DNA of 64,000 bases, taken from the NCBI RefSeq assembly GCF_001194135.2, contig NC_068988.1, positions 42,301,443 through 42,365,442 on the forward strand, in the 5' to 3' direction. This DNA comes from Octopus bimaculoides (taxonomy: Eukaryota). The notes under the pieces were generated by a model. That model was not told the DNA's origin and did no database searches. It saw nothing but the letters and a program-made list of their open reading frames with translations. Below are positions 1-9,577 of this stretch, one piece after another; position 1 is the stretch's first letter; each line of letters opens with the position of its first letter. The position numbers were made by a program, and so were the translations under genes.

Positions 1-789
1 ATATATGCATGTATGTATTTATATGTGTCTGTGTGTGTATCTATCTGTCTAAAGAATCCTTAAAACTCAAGAACTACACAACCAATTTCATTCAAATTTT
101 ACTCATGCCTTACTTAGGGTCCAAATTCTTGTTTAATGCAAGCCCAGACCAATTTCTTATCTTTTACACTATTTCAGTATTATGTGTCAAAAGTGAAACC
201 ATAACATCTCTATTGTAAGGTGAGATACTTTCGATTAATTATTTCACTATTAATAATGAAACTATTAAAGTGAAACTATTATCTCACATTTATACCCCCC
301 CACACACACACACACATACACACATATATATATATAATATAAATTGAACATGGGCGGCTGTTGTATTCTTTCTTGTCTCGAGGTTCACGGCCAAATGACC
401 AGGTGGATTCGCGTGAAAAATGGCACACATGTGCAGATGGGTGCATAGATTGGAACGTGCTTTGTATTTTTTCCTAGACCCCATAGTTACCGAGAAAATC
501 GATTAAAACAACCGGCGTGCGTGTGTGCGTGTATGTGTGTGTCACTGAAGCCATTCATACATACATACATACATAATTACTCTCTCTCTCTCTCTCTCTC
601 TCTCGGTTTTTCTCTGTCAATCACTCACACATTCACTCACTACAAAAATTGAATAGAAAATGTTAGTTATCTCTCTCTCTCTTTCTTTCTTCCTCTCTCT
701 CTCTCATATACACACACACCTTCAGCATTACTCTCTCTGTCTCGCACACCCCATCAAACATACACACACACACACACACAGACATACGC

Positions 790-855
790 ACGAAGAATGG
801 TTAGTGAGAGCTGTGCGAGCCATGTACAGAGACGCTGTCAGTAAGGTGAGAAAAA
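790..855 (+). mobile_element. Short RTE-like RT fragment
   Basis: EEWLVRAVRAMYRDAVSKVR, an RT-domain motif typical of RTE elements, isolated between microsatellites. Confidence 0.55.
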
Positions 856-1319
856 ACAAGTGAGACAGAGTGGGGAAGAGACAGAAGATACTTTTAACTT
901 TTATTATAAGTAAAATGGGATGAAGGCCAGGAGGCCTGTTACTATATTGTATATATTATATATAAGCTAAAAAGTTAATTCTAAAATCTCTCTAAGAAAT
1001 GATCACCTTAGTTGTACTAGCAAACAATGTTCACAACCACTTCAGCATGGCTGTTCTGCTCAAGTAGGAACATCTCTTCTAGCTGGTTAATGATGCACAG
1101 CTGCATCCAATATATATCGAGCAGGGGAACGAACCCCCTACCACTTTGTAGCTATGGGACCAACATACCAGTCTGGTTTCAGGTTATTTCTGACTCTCTT
1201 TAGTATTGGACACCTTGTCGGCTAGAGATGGCAGTAGCTCGCCTCTGCTTGCAATATATATAAATTCAAGTGACACACAGTTGCTGATTTTGCAACAAGC
1301 TAAAAAACTAGTTATAAAA

Positions 1320-1530
1320 TCTCTCCAGCTGGCCATACAACACAATCTGTGTTCTTGTATTTTCAAACATGGGAATCTAGCACCCCTACTCAGCTCAAAA
1401 CAATATATGTGCATTAGGAAATAACCCGGAAATTGCAATACACAGATATTGTTTTGAGCTGAGTGGGGGTGCTAGATTCCCTTGTTCAAAAGTATAAGGA
1501 CACAAATCGTGACGTATAGCCAGCTGGAGA
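1320..1530. repeat. Inverted repeat with ~95-bp arms and a short loop
   Basis: ctccagctggc..gggaatctagcacccctactcagctcaaaacaata versus tattgttttgagctgagtgggggtgctagattccc..gccagctggag. Confidence 0.7.
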
Positions 1531-1559
1531 AGATGTCTCCTGGGCTGAATTACAGCAAC

Positions 1560-2040
1560 ATTCATCCTAGACCAGGACTGCCATGTTATGTTGGCAAACA
1601 ATCTTTACTCCATTTTTAACCTTGTTCCATTCACAAAAATGTTTGGTTCAGAATATGTTTGTCCTGGCACGTTACTTTAGCTTTCCCCAGACTAATTGTG
1701 AGTCTGAAATGTACACATGCAGTGGAAAATCTGTTCATGATATGTTGCACATCCCACTCTAAATGTGCCAACAAATCGGCATCATCAGCATAAAGTAAGT
1801 CTCTAACAAGTGTTTTGAAAGTCTTTGCTTTGCAGTTAAACTAGGTCAAATTAAAAATACAACCAGATGTCCAAAATCTGATTTCAATTCTCCTGTTGCA
1901 ATCCTTGAAAGCATACCAAAGCAATGCAGCAAAATAAATAGAGAAAAGTGTAGAGGCTGGAATATCTCCCTGTTTGACACCGTTGTCCACCGAAAATTCA
2001 TGAGATAGCTCACCATTAAAGACTACTTGAGCTTTCATTT
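1560..2040 (-). mobile_element. RTE-clade LINE reverse transcriptase relic
   Basis: KAQVVFNGELSHEFSVDNGVKQGDIPASTLFSIYF followed by LVRDLLYADDADL (YADD). Confidence 0.85.
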
Positions 2041-2546
2041 ATGTGTGTGTGTCTTTATGTCTGTGTTTGTCCCCACCATTGACAACAGATGTTGGTATGT
2101 TTACATCCTTGTAACTTAGCAATTTGGCGAAAATGACCAATAAAATAAGAACTAGGCTTTCAAAGAATAAGTCCTGGAGTTGATTTCTTTAACTAAAAAA
2201 ACCCTTTAAGGTGGTGCTCCATCATAACCGCAGTTAAATGAGTAAAACAAATGAAAGAATAAAAGAACAGACTATACACACACACACACCATTTTTGCCA
2301 TCTGAGTGGACTGGAGTTATATGAAAGGAAGTGTGTTGCCCAACAACACAACAAATTGCCCAGTCTAAGAATCAATACCATAATCTTACAATCATTAGTG
2401 CAACTCATTAAGCCACGCACCTTCACTATATGAATGTAAGTATGTATATTTATATGTCAGCATATATAGGCATATTGTCATGCACCTGTTGGAGTTTGGT
2501 GTTAAAAACTTAAGGTCTACCAAAAAGAAAAAAATATTTCTCTTAC

Positions 2547-3208
2547 CATTTCAGGGGTTTCCTTAGGGATAAAATCCTGCATTTCATGTTTTATTTCATC
2601 TATAGGTGTCACTTGGAATCTACTCTGCGGTTTTACTATTCAACCTTGAGAATCTGCACCCAGCTGAGGTGGCACCTTACTCAAGTTACCCAATACGGAA
2701 TTTGAGAGAGCCAGTGTTTTATTGTTACCCTGACCTTTAACGTCCGAACCACTGATTTTGATTTGCACGTCAACATCATCCTTTCCTATCGATCCACCGG
2801 ACTCTTGATCCAAAACATTAATACTGTTTGCACCAGACTTACCATTTTTATTACTAATATTACTGCTGTCACTACCAACACTTCTGTAATTAACGTTGTT
2901 GGAAACCGTAGATGTAATAGTGTTGTCATTGCTTGGTTTTGGAGAGACAGCTTCGGATGCTTCACAAACCTTTGTAAAAGAAATATTATCATTAAAGGAA
3001 CAATTGGTGTTTTGGTTATCCCCGAATAATAAATCAGAGTTAGGTGCGGTTTCTAACAGCAGCTCAGAACTTGATGAATTACTCAGTTCAAGTTTTGACA
3101 AACATGATTTTTGCTTCGGCAATTTAATAACGAACAAAGTAGCTGCCATTATGAGAAAATCACAGCTTAAAAAGCTAAAAATCGATCCTTGTTGTTTGTA
3201 AATATATT
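2547..3208 (-). CDS. Putative exon of an unidentified gene with low-complexity N-terminus and RFxV motif (QSRFQV; SLC12/NKCC-, WNK- or TSC22D-like), with one in-frame TGA at 2642-2640
   Basis: 169-codon ORF from ATG 3149; the frame is also open back to an acceptor ttttactttttag at 3209. After the TGA the frame continues for 31 codons (IVKPQSRFQVTPIDEIKHEMQDFIPKETPEM) to a phase-0 GTAAGA donor at 2546. Identity is not established. Confidence 0.6.
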
Positions 3209-3538
3209 CTAAAAAGTAAAAACGATAGACAGGTCAAGTATCATATAATAGTGTTACGAGATATTAGCCTGTGTACAATTCATCTATGAACAAACTAAGG
3301 AGTTACTAACTCGCTGTCACACCTTTCTCCCTCTTTCTCTTTCTTTCATCCATTGTTCTGCCCCACCTCTCTCTCTCTTTCTCTCTCATCCATTCTGTCC
3401 TGCCCACTCTCTCTCACTCTCTTATTCATTCTGTTCCACCTGCTTTCTCTCTTATTTATTTTGTCTCACCCACTCTCTCATTCATTCTATCCCACCCACT
3501 CGCTCATACACTTTATCCCACCTACTTGATCACACACA

Positions 3539-3569
<31 letters not shown>

Positions 3570-4312
3570 ATCTGTTTTACATATAATGAAATCAATGTGT
3601 CCTACCAGTCATGCTCTGAAAGTGAGGCTAAAACAACCAATGGAGTGAGAGTGAGTGATAGTCAGAGGTGTTAAATGCAGGTGAACTGTAACAAGTACTA
3701 AAGCCACCAGTCTTTTAATTTAAATGTAAAATTTTTATCGTAAACTATATCGGCTTCACATACATAGACGCACACAAACACATATAACCTGACATACAAT
3801 AGAATGCATTGCATTTCATGTGGGCCATGCCCATAGAGGGAAAATAAATGACAAAGGTAATGGGAGAGAGTAGGTGCAAGGAGAAGTATAACAAAAAAAT
3901 AGAGTGAATCTGTGAGTGAGTGAGTGAGTGAGTGAGTGAGTGAGCAGCATATCAACAACTGGAGCAGCAGTTATTATGACAACAATAAAACTTTTTGTCA
4001 TTTACAAACAAAATAAAAAAATAAAAAAATGTATATGAATTTGTTTTGCAAGATTCCTGGTGTGGAATTGTGTGTTGAAACAGGCATTGTGAAGATCATT
4101 TTTTTTTTCTTGTCAAATAAGCACATGCAGTATATATTCATTCTTCACTTGTTTATTATTATTGTTCTTATTCTATGTCCATTGTCTGAAATCTTTTGTC
4201 ACACACCTGTGACCTCATCAGCAACTCTCCATTCCACATGTCTCCTCCTGTTCTGTTCAGCTCATTTTGTTTTTCTCTGGTATATATCCTTATCTGCACA
4301 TGCATTTGCTCA

Positions 4313-4354
<42 letters not shown>

Positions 4355-4364
4355 NNNNNNNNNN

Positions 4365-4396
<32 letters not shown>

Positions 4397-4499
4397 CTGT
4401 GTGTGTGTGTGTGTTTGCACGTCTGTGTGTGTGTGTGTGTGTGTGTGCATATGTATGTACATGTTTCTATGTCTTTCGTATGTACTCTCAATATGTGGA

Positions 4500-5330
4500 T
4501 GATATGAACATAGTGGCTAAAGCACTCCCACAAGACAGTGTCTATGAACTATAAGCTAGCACTATGGAGAGCATCCAGCAAATAGCTAACTCCATCCACA
4601 GAGTATTAAGGTAACAGCAGATTACCTTAGCAAGCAAACTAACTATAGGCTACTGATCTTAGACACGAAACACTGGCTGGAAACTAAGAATAATAAGGTC
4701 CAGATGCTTCATTCCCTTTATGCCAAAGCCATGGCCTCTAAATACCTGGTCCACAAGAACACAACTATTGCAGACAATGCCAAGTTCAATATCCTAACAG
4801 CAGACTTGGTAAGAGTGATGAGAAATGTGTCCTGCATATGTAACCCAACAGAATTGGAAAGACACATACAACACTTCAACCACTGCATGCAGTTCTCTGG
4901 CTGCAGCCAAATGGACAACATTAGAGTGGACAAAGGAGCATGGGTTAAGTACAACGTCATTTTAGAGAATGGTGCAAATGGAATCTGTTTGCTATACAGG
5001 ACGAAATCCTCTGGAACAGCATAGAAAGTATCAAACGAAAGATAGGTAAGTCCTGCTCATGGTATGACAACCAAAAATACCAGAGTGTCATGTTCATTGA
5101 TGTTGTCCCTGGTGGCAAACTAGTGTGTCTTTTTAGGAAAGCATTAGATAGAATAAATCTACAGACTAAAGTAGCAGAAAGGTCAGGAACCCCCATAAAA
5201 TCCTTGATCTGTAAAACTTAACCATTCAATAGGTCCCCATGTACAGAGAATAACTGTAGAGTGTGTAAGATGAACCCACAAATTAACTGTAAGATTAGGA
5301 ATGTAATCCATTGCACCATCCTTCTATGTA
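4500..5330 (+). mobile_element. Penelope-like element relic (RT C-terminus to start of GIY-YIG)
   Basis: Frameshifted translation includes YAKAMASKYLVHKN..KFNILTADLVRVMRNVS..HIQHFNHCMQFSG, then WYDNQKYQSVMFIDVVPGGKL..TKVAERSGTPIKSL and a Cys-rich linker (CRVCK..NCKIRNV). These motifs are typical of Penelope RT thumb-linker regions. Confidence 0.75.
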
Positions 5331-5797
5331 GTCATAGAAGGATGGTGCAGAACAAGACGACTTACAATGGGGAGAGGGCATGTAGCATGCAAACAGCAAA
5401 ATATATAAACCTATGCACACACACACACATACTTAAGATGAAATGGGGGAAAAAAGAGAGAGATAAATAAGAAAATAAATAAATGAATAAAAAACATGGA
5501 TACAAACTGTATAGTAAGCAAACCCATATGCACACACACACAAAATACACATACAAAAGACATAGTGATGCATCTGTGCACCTATACATGCACAAACACA
5601 CAGATAAAAACACAAATGCATGCATAGAAAGATAGAATGGATTAACCAGGACAGGAAACACCTGGGATGGAGAGTCACTGAAGAGGTCACAAGTGTGTGA
5701 CGAAAGATTTCAGACAATAGATATAGAATAAGAACAATAATAATAGACAAGTGAAGAATGAATATATTGTGCACACACATCTATGCAGGCACACACA

Positions 5798-5840
<43 letters not shown>

Positions 5841-5979
5841 TCTCACACACACACACACACATACCTACACATACAGACACAACACATTTTACCCTTTAAA
5901 ACATCAAATTTGTTATTCACTGATGCAACTCAACCTACATATTTCTTGGTTAATTCTAGTTCATTTCTCATCATTATCA

Positions 5980-6340
5980 TCATCATCATCGTTTAACGTC
6001 CGCTTTCCATGCTAGCATGGGCTGGACGATTTGACTGAGGACTGGTGAACCAGATGGCTACACCAGGCTCCAGTCTGATTTGGCAGAGTTTCTACAGCTG
6101 GATGCCCTTCCTAACGCCAACCACTCTGAGAGTGTAGTGGGTGCTTTTACGTGCCACTGGCACAAGGGCCAGTCAGGTAGTACTGGCAACGGTCATGCTC
6201 AAATGGTGCTATTTACGTGCCACCGGCATGAAGCCAGGCAGCTGGTGCTCTGGCAACGATCACGCTCGGACAGTGCTCTTAGTGAGTTACTGGTACTGGT
6301 GCCATCATGATTTCGCTTTCGCTTGCCCCAACAGGTCTTT
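5980..6340 (-). mobile_element. Repeat family C (RTE-tail-like SINE or LINE 3' end, (TGA)n tail); other copies ~8665-8850(-), 25215-25656(+), 25835-26230(-), 52110-52290(+)
   Basis: Shared gcatggaaa(a/g)cggacgttaaa(c/t)gatgatgat tail and aggaagggcatccagctgtagaaac core, with internal subrepeats ttttacgtgccac. Confidence 0.8.
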
Positions 6341-7049
6341 GCAAACTGCCATTAATATATATATAACTGGTATCAGTCATTCGACTTTGACTATGCTAGA
6401 GTTTTGTTTTCAACGGTTTCAGACTAAGTTATTTTATTGATCTCTGTTTATTGAAAGACTAAGTTATTACTTTTGGACATAAAGAGGACACAACTTGACA
6501 TAGAAATTTACACTGGTAGACATAATCACAGTGTGCATAAACATATACAACGGACTTCAATACTAATAAAGCATTGATCAATCCAGTGCAGACAGTAGAT
6601 GACACTTGTGCAATGTGCTGCACAGTAGGAGCAAATTCGGCACCAGGTAATTGTAAAGTAAACTTCTTAACCAGACTGCAATGCCTACATATATAATACA
6701 TTTGTAAATCGATTCAACATTGGACTGCTCTGTTGTAATGACTGGTACAAGTTAACATAAATGCCCTGTACCCCATCACCTACTCATATTCATATTCATA
6801 GTTTTCAGTTCATCATAATAAACTAACAACGAAATGCTGATCGTGAATTGCGCTGCTCACATTTGAAGGATGTGGGAAATGCTAATAAAATAATATTAAA
6901 ATGTAAAATGAGTTTGTTTTTATTCCTAAAAACCTGTTATTTCTGTTCTTCACAAAGAAATTCACATCTTATCTTTACTCTTTGTTGTTATTGATATTTA
7001 ATGCCAGGGTCAGCCTTGGTCTACAAGGCCTTCTATGTACATATATATG

Positions 7050-7090
<41 letters not shown>

Positions 7091-7321
7091 NNNNNNNNNN
7101 NNNNNNNNNNNNNNNNNNNNNNNNNNNNNNNNNNNNNNNNNNNNNNNNNNNNNNNNNNNNNNNNNNNNNNNNNNNNNNNNNNNNNNNNNNNNNNNNNNNN
7201 NNNNNNNNNNNNNNNNNNNNNNNNNNNNNNNNNNNNNNNNNNNNNNNNNNNNNNNNNNNNNNNNNNNNNNNNNNNNNNNNNNNNNNNNNNNNNNNNNNNN
7301 NNNNNNNNNNNNNNNNNNNNN

Positions 7322-7373
<52 letters not shown>

Positions 7374-7461
7374 ATACATATATATATGTATGTATGTATG
7401 TATACATATATATATGTATATATACATATATATTTTACAACAAAATTTTATATCTTGGACG

Positions 7462-7524
7462 TAGAGTTACCCAAGGTTTTGCAAGCACAAAGCTAAAACC
7501 TTGTGGACAGCTCGTCAGACTCTA
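7462..7524 (-). ncRNA. Type I hammerhead ribozyme with G12A core mutation, 3' of a Penelope-like relic
   Basis: Minus strand reads TAGAGT-CTGACGA-[GCTGTCCACAA...TTGTGCTTGC]-AAAA-CC-TTG-GG-TA-ACTCTA. Stem I has 6 perfect pairs, stem III is ACC/GGT and the cleavage triplet is GUA; GAAA has decayed to AAAA. Confidence 0.7.
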
Positions 7525-7639
7525 TAAAAGGGCAAAAAATGTTTAATTTCTACATCACAGAAATGAGGAAACACTCAGATGAGAAATACAGCTTAAAAAA
7601 AAACGGTAATGAAGACAGGTTATTTCCCCTGAACCAGAG

Positions 7640-8620
7640 ATAAAAAAACAACTCTTATAGACCCAAGAAGGCCTAACTAGCAAATAGGCAGATCCAATTT
7701 TCTAGTAAGTAGTGGACACATTTAGAAAACACTTCTTTCCGACTATTTAACATGCCAGGTCTTGTATAGTCCTTAAGAATTCAGGATCTCGCTGCGATGC
7801 AGATCTTGCAACAACCATTTCCATTAATATATGGGCCCAGATGATCAATTAATTTTCACATGATGTCACACGGAGTCCCTTGATCTTTGAGATGACACAC
7901 ATGGTGGGCCAGGGACTTAACAATCCATCTTTCTGGGACTTTGAGGGATGACTGGTGGTTAAGAAAACGTCGCTTGAAGGAAGTACTTGCAGATCCAATA
8001 TATTTACAGTCATAGGCTGTGGCCCTAATCGGACCCCTTGGTAACATGGTGTGGGGATGGTCATCTCATCGGTGTCAAAAATAAGTATTTGGTCATCATC
8101 CATGGTGCTGGTGGTGGTACTGGGAACAGCAGATACTTCCTCCATGTTGTTGGTGCTGGATTGGTCATCATTTCTAGGCGTAGCAATTATGCTGGTGGTA
8201 ACATACGTTGCAAGCCTGGTTACTTTATTTGTGTCTATGGAATGTTCATTATCTGTGGTGGTGGTACTGGGCTCATCGGTGACACTCTCTGTGATGCTGG
8301 TCCCAGACTGGTTATTATCTCTGGGTGTGGCAATTGTATTGGTGTGAGGTCTAGTTAATCTGCTGTTGGATGCTACAATACTGTTACTGCTGATAGCAGG
8401 TCTAGGTATCACCCTAGCCTTATAGATTACCCCTTCAATCTTGCATCCGCCTCCTACTGGACAATTATTATATACCCTGAAACAGCAACCTGCCTCTGTT
8501 TCCAAGCAAGGTAATATATCCTCATGGGTAGACATCCTTTCACAGAAGATTGGAAAGAAAGGATACAGCTGTCTGACAGTGACACTTATCTACAACTATT
8601 ACACAATGTCAAAACAAGGG
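7640..8620 (-). mobile_element. Penelope-like element relic, GIY-YIG endonuclease region with a large insertion
   Basis: CCFRVYNNCPVGGGCKIEGVIYKARV ... CKYIGSASTSFKRRFLNHQSSL ... LNSRKEVFSKCVH; resembles Naiad/Neptune-type PLE endonucleases. Confidence 0.8.
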
Positions 8621-9156
8621 GACACCAACTCACACACATACACACAAACATACATATATCATCATTACTGTCATTTAACGTCTGTTTTCATGCTGGCATG
8701 GGTTGGACAGTTTGACAGGAGCTGACCAACCTGGGAGATATCCAGACTCCAATTGTTTGTTTTGGCATAGTTTCTGTGGCTGGATGTTGTTCCTGATGCC
8801 AACCACTTTATTAAGTATGCTTGGTGCTTTTTACCTGCCTCTGGCTCAGGGAATATTTAAACCCGTAAGAAAGCCATTCATTGTGTTTTTATCATGGAGA
8901 AAGCTTCTCACTGTAAACAAATGGTGTAAATACACCAAAATAAGCTTGCAGTGCCACCTACCCAGACTGTTGGATGCAAGCATTTTGGAGTGGTTACCTC
9001 CTCTTCAGTCACAGAAACCAGACAGAATGCACTGTGAACTGATAAGACAGATTGTCTCTCTTATGATATTCTCATCATTGTATGATGACTGTGCTAATAG
9101 TGCTCACCACAAATTACAGAGTGGCAGCACTAAGCAGTGATATGTATAAATACAAG

Positions 9157-9303
9157 GTGTGGTAAGTAGCTTGCTTACCAACCACATGGTCCAGGGTTCA
9201 TTCCCACTGTGTGGCACCTTGGGCAAGTGTCTTCTGCTATAGCCTCGGGCCGAGCAAAGCCTTGTGAGTGGATTTGGTAGACGGAAACTGAAAGAAGCCT
9301 GTC

Positions 9304-9361
<58 letters not shown>

Positions 9362-9577
9362 ATATGTTTGTGTGTCTGTGTTTTCTCCCCCAACATCGCT
9401 TGACATCCGATGATGGTGTGTTTACGTCTCCATAACTTAGCGGTTCGGCAAAAGAGACCAACAGAATAAGTACTAGGCTTCCAAAGAATAAGTCCTGGGG
9501 TCAATTTACTCGACTAAAGGTGGTGCCCCAGCATGGCTGCAGTCAAATGACTGAAACAAGTAAAAGAGTAAAAGAGT
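9157..9577 (+). mobile_element. tRNA-headed SINE family A (head-core-(TA)n-tail); other copies ~2040-2260, 16270-16440(-), 22116-22380, 29095-29500, 33172-33500, 46172-46310, 51468-51610, 51630-51785(-), 61248-61420, 62990-63350(-)
   Basis: Pol III A-box (TGGCTGTGTGG in the best copy at 61263) and B-box (GGTTCAGTCCC); shared core gtggcaccttgggcaagtgtcttct..gtggatttggtagacggaaactgaaagaagcc; shared tail ..ccagcatggctgcagtcaaatgactgaaacaagtaaaagag. Confidence 0.85.
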
